From contig OX597829.1 of assembly GCA_951406725.2 (NCBI GenBank), forward strand, positions 2,170,001-2,234,000: a stretch of DNA of 64,000 nucleotides. Reading direction: 5' to 3'. Both the position numbers and the translations under genes were made by a program. The stretch comes from Octopus vulgaris (lineage: Eukaryota). This document shows, in pieces, positions 40,299-53,978 of this stretch; the stretch's first letter is position 1; the number at the start of each line of letters is the position of its first letter. Under the pieces are notes generated by a model. It did not search any database. It saw only the letters and a program-made list of their open reading frames with translations, and was not told where the DNA came from.

Positions 40299-41944
40299 GT
40301 TTAACGTCTGCTTTCCGTGCTAGCATGGGTTGGACGGTTCAACTGGGGTCTGGGAAGCCAGGAGGCTGCACCAGGCCCAGTCTGATCTGGCAGTGTTTCT
40401 ACAGCTGGATGCCCTTCCTAACGCCAAACATCTATAATCTCTATACATATGTATAGATACCAGATAAAAGGAGAGTAATATATACAAGCTGGATCCTCAA
40501 CCAGCATTCTTGCAAAGACAGTGGTAAGAAACTCTCCAGAGAACTGAACAGCAGATGGTCTCCATTGAAGATACTCCTGCCAGGCAAGTTCAGCCCTTAA
40601 CTTCTTAGGGGCCCTTCTGCTGAGCGTTTCTCTCTGCTTGGAGATTTCATCTAATTGGTAACTCATTTCTCTCAACTCAGCTTTCAAACTTATGCTTAAG
40701 AAGAAATAACATTGGTTGTCATGGTAGCAGTGAAATGTTAGCACTATCACAATGACACATTCAGAGTTACAGTGTGTGTGTGTGTGTAGACAGTTTACCT
40801 TAAAGAAAACCACCCATACAAACTGAAATCCCAGGGCTAATAAATTAGTTGTAGAATATAATATATTAAGTCAATGAGTGGATGTTTTGGGTTCAATCCC
40901 ACAGTGTGGCAACCTGGGCAAGTGTCTTCTACTATCGCCCCATATTAACCAAAGATTTGTGAGTGGATACCATTGATGGTACAGGAAGTGTCCCTCCAAC
41001 AGGTTTCCATCAATTCTTATCCTCTAAATTCATTTACAAGACATTGTCTACCCATGACCCTATAAAAAGGCACTTGCCCAGTGTGTGTTCAAACCCTAAA
41101 CACCCTGCATATGAAAATCAAACTTCTTGACCTCACATACAAGTCTGAGCCCATGATTAGCCCAAACTCAATTATCAGTGGTGCACTTTGGTCCAGAGTT
41201 TGACACTAAACTGCATCCGGTGTTAAGGATCCAGTCTGGCTGTTCTGGAGATGTGGGGAGCATGGAGTCACCCCTTAATTACCCTTACTCCCAGGTCCAT
41301 TCATGGGACCTGTCAGGTCCCATGTAGGGGTTAAATAGATTCATTGTAAGTAGACTAAGCTCCTTTAGCTACAGTGAAAGCAATTAAAGTAGAGAAGGAA
41401 AACTCCAAAATTGAGACATTCTTCCAGCATACCCTAAGCTAGCATGGAAGAGAATTCTCTGATGAAACTACTGCGAGGTATGTCCAATAACGTAAATTCA
41501 AACTATGGAGTCAACTACTTCATGTTGGGGCATATTTTGACACAGAGATAGCAGAAAATGATAACGACTCTAGTTATTGTAATTAATGCATCTACACATG
41601 TATTTCTCTTTCCTATTTTGAATAACATTGTAATAAGATCTATAATTTATTTCTTAATTACATTTCATTTAAATCTAAATTACTTTCAAATGTCCCTTTA
41701 CTAAGGTAGCCATTCTAGCTATATCTTCATTTGATACTCAAATTAGCTGTCACAGCATTAAATATTTTTTTTTTAAATATGCTATTGCTAACAGCTATAA
41801 TTTCTTTATGTACAGCTTTAGAATACATTGCCCTTCCCGTATTTATTTTATGGCAATTTCAGTGACATTTTAAGTTTGTCTTTTAATGAGAAGGCAACAT
41901 TTTTAAACTGAAGGGGTAGGAAAACGAGGGTATGTATCAATTCA

Positions 41945-42007
<63 letters not shown>

Positions 42008-42237
42008 GTCGTTAAATGTGACTAGGGTGTGAAGAAACACCTACATTGCTAGAAATAAGCAATGTTGGTGTTTTGTTAACACCCTAGTCACTAATTCTCC
42101 CTTTTGCTGAAACATTGCAACCAGCTGTTTGGAGTAGCTGTGTGGTAACTAGCTTGCTTACCAACCACATGGTTCTGGGTTCAGTCCCACTACGTGGCAC
42201 CTTGAGCAAGTGTCTTCTACTATAGCCCATTGTATAT

Positions 42238-42283
<46 letters not shown>

Positions 42284-42309
42284 TTTATTTTAAGCAGCAG
42301 AAAATTCAA

Positions 42310-42359
42310 CAAAATCTGTTACTCTGAGTTTCTCGTTGCCGTTCATCAGACAGTTTTTG
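42310..42359 (-). ncRNA. Minimal type-I hammerhead ribozyme motif (copy 1)
   Basis: Minus strand reads caaaaaCTGT-CTGATGA-aCGgcaaCGa-GAAA-CTCaGAG-TA-ACAGattttg. Core boxes are intact, stem I pairs 9/10, stem III is quasi-palindromic, cleavage triplet GUA. The base of stem II is an A-A mismatch. Confidence 0.65.
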
Positions 42360-42752
42360 CTAGAATGGAACCGATATATCAATTCAATCTAGACTCTTAC
42401 AAATGCTACACCTTTAAAAAAAATGGACTTGTTTGATTGGCCCTTTAGAAAAAACGGTCAATGTTCGAGCGATAAACAAAAAGGTCAAAAATATATGTAT
42501 ATATATATAAAAACTTATAAAAATTATAAAATTCGAGGAAAAAACCTTACATTGAATGAAATACATATTGACGTTAATGAAGAAAGTATAATTAAAGCAT
42601 AGAAATTAAAACCTATTATAAATATTACACTGCAATACATATTTATATTAAAGGTAGTGTACATATATATATCAACATACACAGAAGGATGCGTGCAAAC
42701 CATCAGTTGTCAAGCGATGTTAGGGGGGGGGGACAAACACACACACACACAC

Positions 42753-42790
<38 letters not shown>

Positions 42791-42793
<3 letters not shown>

Positions 42794-43233
42794 ATGGTTG
42801 CCCCCTCATTATCGATTATGGCCATTGCACGAAGCTTAACTGTTACTGGTGCTGTGATCGAATGTGACTTTTTAGCCCAGCTAAAGATCTACAATGTCTT
42901 GTACAGAATTGGCAGCCAAAACCTTTACCGGCAATAGCCGGCTGTAGTTGTAACTGGGCTTCATGTACCTTTGCAGGTCGTTTAAGTCCTCCTGCCGAAT
43001 TACACTCTCTTTCACATGCCCGACAGATATGATTAGTATGGTGAGTAACACCACCACCAGTGGCCAGGTTGTCACTCATCTGTCTCACTTTATGACTACG
43101 AAGATGACTCTTGAGTCCAGCTTTACTGAGGCAGGGTCTTGCACAGACACTGCATGTCAGCATCATAGGAAGACCATTCCCATCTGGAAGTGTAACAGCG
43201 ATGCCCTTCCTGACATCCCTCCTTACTTTCTCA
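42791..43233 (-). mobile_element. 5'-truncated LINE (RTE-like) 3' end encoding three C2H2 zinc fingers, inserted in the microsatellite of a SINE
   Basis: CSVCARPCLSKAGLKSHLRSH, CRACERECNSAGGLKRPAKVH and CQFCTRHCRSLAGLKSHIRSQH, then a stop, a ~50-nt 3' UTR and a (TA)n tail. No splice signals. The tail remnant ataatggttgcccc recurs at 63741. Confidence 0.7.
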
Positions 43234-44776
43234 TGTATGTATGTATATATATATATATATATATATACATACATATGTATGTATGTATATATATATATAT
43301 ATATACATATATACAACAGGCTTCTTTCAGTTTCCATCTACCAAATCCACTCACAAGTCTTTGGTTGGGTTGAGGCTATAGTAAAAGACACTTGACCAAG
43401 GTGTCACACAGTGGGACTGAACCCAGGATATTGTGGTTGGTAAGCAAGCTAGTTACCACACAGCCACTTCAAACAGCTGGTTGCAATGTTTCATCAAAAG
43501 GGAGAATTATACAATGCCATTTAAAAAATTAACAGTCACCTCATCCAAATCTGAAAGCTACAACATAATACATGATTAATTCAAAACAATGTAAATGAAT
43601 AAAGCATTACGCTTGACAGAGTAATCTGAATGATAAAGAGTTAATCATTCTAGATGACTACATTAGGCAATTCCTGCTTGTGCCATTTTCAGCCAAACAA
43701 ACCTGTCCATTCTTAAGTTCAAATTCTACTGAGGTTGATATTGCTTCTCATCCTTTCTGGGTCAATTAATAAATATAACAAAGAAGTTAGTAAAATAACT
43801 TAGTTATCATTCAGCTAGTGTTATGAACATAAATTGTGACTAAGGTTTGGTAGAAGATTTTAAATCAAAACTTATGAAAACAAGACATTTGCACTCAGAT
43901 CCAGAGCCAGTTTCAGCCGGGTTGGTAACAAAAGGGTTAAGGCAGTAAGCTGGCAGAATCGTCAGCACATTAGGCAACATGCTTGTGCCATTTCAGCCAT
44001 CCTTACATTCTAAGTTCAAATTCTCTGAGGTTGATATTGCTTTCATTCATTCTGGGATTGATAGAATACATAGTTCCAGCTGAACAGAGGGGTCAATGTA
44101 ATCAACTTGACCCTTCCCTGATATCACTGGCCTTGTACTAAAACTAGAAACCATTATTTAAAAGGTGGCAAACTGGCAGAATTGTTACCATGCAAAAAAA
44201 AAAAAAAAAAAAAAAAAAAAACTATATAAAAGGGTTAGTCACATTTCTTCACATTCTGAGTTGTCTTTCATTCATTTGGGATTGATAGAATAAGTTCCAG
44301 CTGAACAGAGGGGTCAATGTAATTGACTATTCCCCACTCCCTCAAAATTGTTGACCTTGTGCCAAAATTAAAAAGAATTATTTGAAAGATGGTAGTGTGT
44401 AATTTGAGGATGATTATGCTGCTACTTCTAACAAGGATAATGTTTACATAGAGGTTTTCTCATTGGAATATTTTTAAGTAGAATTTAGAGAATTGGTGAA
44501 AATAATAGTGTATAAAAGTAAAAGCAAAAACAAACATAAACAAAGAGGAAAATCCCCCTCCCCACCAAAGACTATTAATAACTAAAACTGTAGAATGGGA
44601 AAACAAAATATAATTTGGGTCATGGTACTTAAATGACATCTCAGGGTTTAACAACATAGGAAATATTAAAAAGTATCTGACATGGAATTTATATCAATAT
44701 CACACACACATAAATATATAAACTCACATTCACCATATATCTCTCTCTCTATATATATATATGTGTGTGTGTGTAT

Positions 44777-44807
<31 letters not shown>

Positions 44808-44995
44808 AACCAACTAAACTGCATACAGTATACTTTCATAAAATAACCAACCAGCTTAAAGAAAAATATCTTCCCTGCCTACTTCTCTTTCTCTGTTTCT
44901 GTGTGTATATATATATATATCTATATATATATATATATATATACATATACATACATGCACACACACACACACATGTATATATGTATGTATGTATG

Positions 44996-45062
<67 letters not shown>

Positions 45063-48000
45063 GCATGTGTATATGTGTACATCAAAACCTCACTACAAGT
45101 CAAAGATTTAGATGCATTTTAAGAACAAACAGACCATTTTTATTCCAAATATACCAGATGAACCCACATCACAGCAACAAATGCAAAGCCGGGCATCATT
45201 GTACAAACTCACTACTTCACCAGGTCTAAAGCTGGAAAGAGAATCCTGAAATAAGGCTGAAATAACTAGCATTAACTCTGCTTGATGTGCCCCAGCATGT
45301 CCATAGCCTGTAGCTGAAGCCAGTAAAAGAATAAAAGAGAATATATGGATGTGGTGTATAAAATAGAGGAGTAAAAACCGCCTTCGGTCACAAATGACCA
45401 TGGGATTGCTCCCAGAAAGTTCCTCGAAGCCCATGTCTGGACAAGGTTGTTTAAGAAAGACCAGCAGTTGCCCATGCCTATCAGTTTCCCCTCTCGGCAC
45501 CAACAATATTATCCAAAGTAAAGGCTGAAACAGCTTGGCACCAGATACATTACAACTCAATTCTACAGCTGAGTGAACTGGAGCAACTTGAAATAAAGTG
45601 TCTTGCTGAAGAACACAACAAACCACCCAGTCCAGGATTTGAACTCACAACCTCATGATCGTGAACCTGATGCTTTAATCATTGAGTTTTACCCAGGACA
45701 TGCATACACGTCCTGGGTAAGACTTTAAACTGCATCCCATAGCAGAACTTTGGTTCAGGAATTTCAAGGTTTTGAATCACGTCTTACTTAATGCCCCAAA
45801 GAGATATAGAAGCAAAATGGTATATTCAACTTTCTCTATGCTCTTCTTCTTTATTTATTGTTCACTCTAGTGAAACTCCATGTTTCAGATCGGTTTTATT
45901 ACCAAATGATAAATATTTTAGCATATCAATGGCAATATCATACAATATTGGAAGCAGAAACAGCTGTTAGACGGGATGCAGTCTATTTGTATTGAATTCG
46001 TAAATAACAATTGATGTAAACCAATTGTTCATTGATATTTTTCCATTTTCTGCCTTCTTTAAATTTTGATTCTTGATAAACTCATGTTTATCCTTGTCTT
46101 TACCTATAATTTATGAACATAATATGCTTACATATGTATGCCCATGGTTAAACATAGGTAATATACTGGTAGTGTAATAAATACTTCTATCTCTTAGATG
46201 GTTATTTTAACCTCTAGCCCAGCCAACCTCTTATATATATTTATGTATATAATTATAAATAATGAGGGAAATATACTATGATAAAATTTATCTTATCGTC
46301 AGATCTTATTTATTAGCAATTGTTTTGCAGCTTAATAATCATGTATAGATAAAATTTATTTTTCAATATTTCATAAGTAATAAATTACTCACTTGTCTGC
46401 ATTAATATATATATATATATATATATATACAATCTTATAATGTAGATATTAAGCTAGCTCTTCGGGTTAAAAGAAATCTGTTATTCATAATTTTACATAT
46501 TTGTTTTCTTTTGTATTGTTTTATATATTCTGTTTTGTAGAATGATATACTAAGGAGCATTTTTTACGAGTGCCACCAGATTAAATGAATCCACATATTG
46601 TGTCTTAAATTTACATATATATATTATTTAACAACAGTTAACTCAGCTCCATGCAACTTAACACTTTGTAGGCTCATAGAACGAACCTAACTCTTCAGGC
46701 ATCTAGAGCAGAGTAAATGGGGGATATGAGGCTAAATTCAACTCAGGTGACCTGAGTTAACCAATAGACACTTAACATCTAGAAGCAATCTTCATCTTTT
46801 CTGGTATCCTTTTATGCTGTCTATACGTGCATTTCATGAACCTACAAATCTTTGAGTGAAACTTATTTAATAACACATATAACCCTCAGCAAATGTGATA
46901 AGTACCACTTTCATTTGTCCACTCATTACCTTTACAGACATATTTTTTTGTAGATGAGATTGCTTGGATCTGAGATAAGACTATAATCCAAGCTGTGTCC
47001 TGTTGAAGCACATCTGCTTATTCTAGTACACCAAGGTCATATGTAGATGTTATATTCGTGTGAAGTATACATAAGAGTTGAAAAATACAGGTAAATAATT
47101 TTTGCAATGTAATTACCAATGAAAAAAGATTAGTAAAAATTATTTATTCATCATTATATGACTGGCACCCGGCAATTGCCAGTGCCGCTGGACTGACTCC
47201 TGTGCAGGTGGCAAGTAAAGAAACACCGTTTCGACCCTGTGCTTGAGGAGACCTGTTAAGTCAAGTACACCAACATCAAAAATCAATGGAAATTGTAGTT
47301 GTGATCCCTGTGCTGGTGGCACGTAAAAAGCACCATCCGAACGTGGCCGATGCCAGCTCCGCCTTGACTGGCTTCCGTGCCGGTGGAACGTAAAAAGCAC
47401 CAATCCGATCATGGCCGTTGCCAGCCTCGCTTGACATGTAAAATGCACCCACTACACTCACGGAGTGGTTGGCATTAGGAAGGGCATCCAGCTGTAGAAA
47501 CACTGCCAGATCAGACTGGAGCCTGGTGCAGCCTTCTGGCTTCCCAGACCCAAGTCAAACCGTCCAACCTATGCTAGCATGGAGAACGGACGTTAAACGA
47601 TGATGATGATGATGATATACGAGTTTCATTTACTAATAGGAGTTACAAAATGGTACATGTAGGAGAAACATGTAAGACATCCATTGGAAGTTCTTCAGTG
47701 TGAGGTTTGTATATGTAGGAGAAACAAATATTTTGATTTTCAGTCTGAAGAATTTCGAATTTGGGATGTTTTGCATGTTTATCCAACATGTACAACTTTG
47801 CAACTCCTGTTACCAAATGAAATATGTATTGGTGAATAAATGATACCAAAAACTTTTCCAATAGGTGCAGGAGTGGCTGTGTGGTAAGTAGCTTGCTTAC
47901 CAACCACATGGTTCCGGGTTCAGTCCCACTGCATGGCAACTTGGGCAAGTGTCTTCTACTATAGCCTCAGGCCGACCAAAGCCTTGTGAGTGGATTTGGT

Positions 48001-48329
48001 AGATGGAAACTGAAAGAAGCCCATTGTATATATATATATGTATGTATATATATATGTATATATATATATATACATATATATATGTATGTGTGTGTGTATG
48101 TATTTGTGTGTCTGTATTTGTCGCCCCAACATTGCTTGACAACCGATGCTGGTGTGTTTAAATCCCTGTCACTTAGCGGTTCGGCAAGAGAAACCAATAG
48201 AATAAGTACTAGGCTTACAAAGAATATGTCCTGGGGTTCATTTGCTTGACTAAAGGCAGTGCTCCAGCATGGCCACAGTCAGATGACAAACAAATAAAAG
48301 AATAAAAGAATCTCCTGTTTCGATACACA

Positions 48330-48620
48330 TACACACACAAACACATGCATGTACACACACACACAAAAACATATATGCATATATGTACACTTACACACAC
48401 ACATACACACACACACAAACATATATGCATGTATGCACACTTACACACACACACACACACACAAACATATATGCATGTATGCACACTTACACACACACAC
48501 ACAAACATATATGCATGTATGCACACTTACACACACACACAAACATATATGCATGTATGCACACTTACACACACACACACAAACATATATGCATGTATGC
48601 ACACACACACACACACAAAT
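48330..48620. repeat. Compound minisatellite, unit of about 38 bp (ca)n-aacatatatgcatgtatgcacactta, about six copies
   Basis: Visible directly in the sequence. Confidence 0.85.
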
Positions 48621-48879
48621 TTTTAAACATTACAGTGATTTTTAGTCATCTAAAAGCTTGGATGACCTCAATTAACCAAAGTTATTTTCAGGTCACCATG
48701 TTACGGAAGTGAGCTTCAGCTGTGTGTAAATTTAATATAGTGGGACCTCCCCCAGGAACAATAAATTCTTGGCTATTTCTCTATTCCTAGGTATTTTCCC
48801 ACAGTTGATATCCATCACTACATTCCTTGTGTGTGTGTGTGTGTTATATAATATGCATGTGAAGCAGTTTTATGAAATA

Positions 48880-49910
48880 TAAGGGTGGACTGAAAAGTTC
48901 ATGGGTTGACTATGAAGGAGTGATGCTAAAGCCGTGAAATCTTGTATGCATGGGCCTGGGAACAGGGGGTGCAGGTGGTGCAAGCGCACACCCTAGAATT
49001 TTTGCGGAGTGCTGAACCAAAATTTGCAGCCCTGCTTATTTTTCTCAAGTTTAGAAAACGGTAAATAAAAAGTGATGTGTAAAAAGTAGCTTGAAGTTAG
49101 GTTCCTTCTCAAAGAACAAAACACAAAAATAACAAAAAAAAAAAAAAAAAAGGGACCTTGTTTGTAAATATTTTTAGACCTGGGTTTGCACCCCCTAAGC
49201 AAATTTCATTCCCAAGCCAGTGTTTGTATGCATTAATCTCAACTCTTCTTATTAATAACTGCATTCTTTCTTTTCAGATAAACTGACATTTAACTATTCA
49301 AAGAGGACTTCAACAGTAACTAGTAGCAAGTTCTCATGGAAATGAACAAAATTTGGCATCATGGTGTTATCAAGTACCTATAGAAAAAAGGCTTTGGCCC
49401 CTCCCAAAGCGTTTACATTGGCGTGGTTGCTATGTAAGGGAATGACAATCCAACTTTATCAACAGTGCAAAAGTGGGCAACTGAATTTAGGAGGGAAGGG
49501 AGAGATTTGGAGATAACCCAAGATCTGGACATCTTGCAACTGCCTCCACCAAGGAAAATATTGATTGTGTTTACCACATGGCGAGGGATGACAAGTGATT
49601 TACTATAAATGCAAATAGCCAAATGCTGCTAGCATATTCAGTGAGAAAGTTGAGAATATTCTGCACAATGAACTTAGCACCATGATGGTTTCTGCTTGGT
49701 GGGTGACACAGCTGACACCTGATCAAAAATACACCAAACTGATTACATCATGGGGAAATCTGACATTGTTTGACGCAGATCCACCTGGTTTCTTTGAACA
49801 TCTCCTGAGCCAAAAAGAGTGTTGACTTCATGCCTTTGAGCCAGAGACAAAGAGACAATCTATACAATGGAAACACCATTCTAACCTGCTTGAAAGGCCA
49901 AGGTTATTTC
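48880..49910 (+). mobile_element. Degenerate mariner transposon (5' TIR plus decayed transposase)
   Basis: TIR-like TAAGGGTGGACTGAAAAGTTC after TA. Broken-frame peptides GVIKYL, STVQKWATEFRR, MVSAWWVTQLTPDQK (WVP..LT-like) and PETKRQSIQWKH. Confidence 0.8.
48949..49222. mobile_element. hAT-like MITE nested in the mariner relic
   Basis: Imperfect 14-bp TIRs CATGGGCCTGGGAA / TTCCCAAGCCAGTG and an 8-bp TSD cttgtatg / tttgtatg. Confidence 0.7.
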
Positions 49911-50339
49911 TTGTGTGTCTTTTATCTTTTACTTGGCTTAGTTATTGGATTTATTAAATTTATTTCTAGATTTCTTCAAAATATTTGCTATACATTAGAT
50001 AGAAGCCTTTTATATGATCTCAACTGAATTAAGTTTTTGAAGTTTATAATAATATTACCAGGAGAACCAGAAATAAAATTAAAAATGTGAGCTTGAAGCA
50101 ACCGTTTTCGCATGTGACGGCTTTTAAACAATAGAACATAATTTTTCATTTCATATTTCAGAAAATATTCTGACAGTGAATATTTCGAAAGAAAACCAAA
50201 TTCTGTTTACATGTTGATGATCAGAAATGAGCAACTGAGTACTGGAAACTGGAACTTTTCAGTTATGTATTATACACAAACACACAGATACATATATACA
50301 CACAGTTTTACATATACGTGTATGCATATATATATCTTT

Positions 50340-50690
50340 TATTGTTGTATTTAAGAATGGTCATTTAGCCAGTTTAGCCAATAAAAACACACGCACTATA
50401 TATTTGGTATTACTTTGCTTCAGCGTTATTTATTTTTTACATTAATCTTAATCTTATTTCGGCCAGAGTTCTTTTGTCACACTTCTGTGACCTCATCAGT
50501 GGTCCTTTGCTTTCTTCTTTCTTATTTGTGTGTCTCTCCTTACTAACAGTCAGCCATTTTGTATTTTGTATTCCTATTGTGCGTATGTTTTTATTGGCTA
50601 AACTGGCAAAATGACCATTCCTAAATACAACAATATCTGTTTCAACTACACAATTTCACATCAAAAATCTTCCAAAACAAATACATAAAC
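50340..50690. repeat. Asymmetric fold-back element enclosing a hammerhead-like motif
   Basis: Arms at about 50340-50398 and 50577-50636 (tattgttgtatttaagaatggtcattt ... aaatgaccattcctaaatacaacaata). Confidence 0.85.
50461..50504 (-). ncRNA. Degenerate hammerhead motif between inverted repeats
   Basis: gacca-CTGATGA-g-GTCACA gaag TGTGAC-aAAA-gaacTC-tggcc. The GAAA box reads AAAA, compatible with CpG decay. Confidence 0.45.
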
Positions 50691-51214
50691 ATATATATAT
50701 CCTCTTATATAAAATAAGCCTGTGTGTTATATGCATAAATGGCTGTGCAAATTGCTTCCATATTTGGGATGCATAAATAATTTGACCTCGTATACATAAT
50801 AGGATCTTGAGTTTATTTTTTTTATTAAAAATAAATAACATTGCTTTTTATATACAATTCACTTCTGTATAAAGGTTTCTCAATGTCAACTTCCAGCACT
50901 GACATAGCAATGGTGAAATTTTCTGTTTTCATTTGTAAAACTTCTCACTTTCTATTTTAATGTTTTCATTTCAAGTTTTAATTTGCTATTTGCAAACAAT
51001 TACAATAAATTACTGAAAGAAGTATTTACTCAGTTCACAAATTTAAATATTCAGCGGTGGTGCCCCAGCATGGCCGCAGCCTTCGGGTTAAAACATTTTT
51101 ATGGATTAAGGATTCAGTACAAGATAATTTTTTTAACAAGTTTTTATTTATATGATTTTTTTCATTTCATATTTATTTCATTTACTGTTTGCAATGTTCT
51201 CTCTCCCTGTCTTT

Positions 51215-51271
<57 letters not shown>

Positions 51272-51739
51272 ACAAGTCAGTTACACATGCACATATGTGT
51301 GTTAGTATGTACATTTGTATACATTTATGTATGTGTATGTGTTTGTGAGAGAGATAGTCAGTCTAGGGTGTGTTGTCATGTATACTTACATAAATACATA
51401 AGCAGACATCTTTTTTTGTATGTATGTGTGTGTGTGTGTGTGTGAAACAGAGAGTGAGAGTGATGTCTAAGTGGCACTCACTCTCTCTCTATCTCTTTCT
51501 CTCTCACACACATACGCGTGTGCATACATACAAAAAGACGTATGCATATTTATGTATGCATGTAAACATGACAACACATTCTTTCTCTTTCTCACATGTC
51601 TATTTCATCTGTTGTTTGATACTGTGTGTATATGTATGTATGTGGTGGTGGTGGTGGGGAGGGTGGTAAGGGGCTTTTCCCAATCGCCATTTATTTAAAT
51701 CACTCTTTTTTTTTCTCATTTAATCCCTAATTTAATTTT

Positions 51740-53055
51740 CGAAAAAGTTTCCAAGAACAATGTTCTCACTCTCTACAACAGGAGTCAGGATAGATGTAGA
51801 TGATCCGTATTCTACAGTGAAGCAAAGACAAGTACAGGCAGCCAGGGTCAATGTTGGATTCTGCAACAAGTATTTTTGCAAATATATGCTGCAACATACA
51901 CTCTTATGCAGAATGGCAGTCAACAGATAAATAAAAATGAAGAAGTTGCACATAATGACAGAAGATACATTAGTGCCAATGAGGCTTTTTGGTGCATCTT
52001 CAATTATCCCATTCATGAGATGCACCCAACCATCATTCATCTGAGAGTCCATCTAGAGAATGGCCACAGGGTTATCTTCACAAAACAATCAGCCTTACAA
52101 CAAGTACTTTCTCCAAAAGAAACTACCCTTGTTACTTTTTTTAAGTTGTGTCAAGTAGATGAAGATAAAAGAAAACTCGTTTACCCAAAATTACCCAAGA
52201 ATTACACTTGGAGAAACAATAAAAGGCACAAGAGCAAACAGGCTGACACACTTACAAGAGTTTACAGTGTCCACCCAAGCCAAGCAGAATGTTACAACTT
52301 ATGGTTCCTTCTGCATGAAGTATGTGATCTCAAATTCGAGGGACCAAGATTCAAAGAAGGTAAATGGTCATGTGTATGAAACTATAGAAAAGCATGCTAC
52401 CAACAAGGGTTCTTTAGAAAATGATGAGCATTGGGACCTTGCATCGACTGAAGAATCGGTATCAGATTCTCCAAGGAAACTCCGTAACCTTTGTGCAATA
52501 ATACTGAACATGTATCAACTTGGCAGTCCCCTATAACTTTGGATGAAACATTGTGAGGACATGGCTAAGGACTTAAAGTATGCAGTTCAACAGGCAAACC
52601 CAGATATCAATATTCAGCATGCTGAAGCAATTTTTAACCAAACACTGATTGAAATTGAGGATCAAGTTTTGGCAATGGGAGGCAAAAATTTGCAAGAGTT
52701 TGGCTCCGGACTGCCAAAAAGAAACCGTCAAATTAGTGATTTAACTTCAAGAGACATAGCAAGAGAGATTAATTATGACATCACTGAATTGACTGCATTT
52801 GTGAATGGACATGAACCTAAACTTCTTCCTGAACAAAGCTGCTCATATGATCAAATCTTTTGTTTTGTATTATTATTAATATTTTTTTTACATTATGAAT
52901 TCAGAATTGATTTCCCCACTGAAGAATAAATTGTGTCTTAATTGAAGAATAAATTGAATTTAGAAGAACAAATGTTTATACAACATATTTTGCTTTTTCT
53001 TCCAGTATATAAAAGAACAATTTCATTCCCGAGCAATGCTGGGTGCGTCTGCTAG
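51740..53055 (+). mobile_element. Decayed, internally deleted Helitron with RepHel remnant and 3' terminus
   Basis: Frameshifted pieces RYISANEAFWCIFNYPIHEMHPTIIHLRVHLENGHRVIFT, TTLVTFFKLCQ, RVYSVHPSQAECY, GSLENDEHW and SPRKLRNLCAIIL match the Helitron Rep-helicase linker region. Subterminal hairpin CCCGAGCAATGCTGGG (53028-53043) is followed by CTAG|T at 53052-53056. The 5' boundary is approximate. Confidence 0.88.
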
Positions 53056-53935
53056 TATATCTATTTTTATATATAAATGTAAGATCCAAGGATCAAGGTG
53101 TAAAATCAAGCAAACATTAGAAAATATTTTTTAAAAATCAGCTTAGAGGAACAACAGCAGTTTATTGAGGCAGAAGGTTGTGGATGTTTTCCATATATTG
53201 AAGTACGATCAGGTGAAAAAAAATATTTTATAATTAACGGTAGGCAGCCAGGGTTGCCAGGAATGTGAATAAAATACGAGAGTTAAGGAATGGAGTAGAT
53301 AATACCTACATATGTTTCATAGCGGGTTATGAAACATATGTAGTCCAGATGTTATCTACTCCATTCCTTAACTCTTGTGTGTGTGTGTATGTATATACAC
53401 ATACATACATACAAACACAGACATATGCACACATATGCATATAAGACACAACCTCAAAAAATTCAGTTCAACCTACAAGTTTTGAAGAGCAGATGTAAAG
53501 TAATTATGAAGATAATGATGATAGTGCCGCTTGACTGGTCCCACGCCAGTGGAATGTAAAAAAGTGCCATTCAAGCATGACCGTTGCCAGTGCTGTCCAT
53601 TGCATGACCGTTGCTCCTGTGCTGGTGGCACATAAAAGGCAGCATTTGAGTGTGGTCATTGCCAGTGCCACTTGCCTGGCTCCCACACTGGTGGCACATA
53701 AAAAGCACCATTCAAGTGTGGTCAATGCCAGTACCACCTGACTGGCCCCTATGCCAGTGGCATGTAAAAAGCACCCACTACACTTTCAGAGTAGTTGGTG
53801 CTTGGAAGGGCATCCAGCTTTAGAAACTCTACCAGATCAGATTGGAGCCCGGTGCAGCCATCTGGCTTGCCAGTCCTCAGTCAAACTGTGCAACTGATGC
53901 CAGCATGGAAAGTGGACGTTAAACAATGATGATGA

Positions 53936-53978
<43 letters not shown>

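Noticed and set aside
44765-45229. ORFs rich in YI, HT or CV dipeptides here and throughout the ORF track
   Set aside because: These are translations of (TA)n, (CA)n and (TG)n microsatellites.
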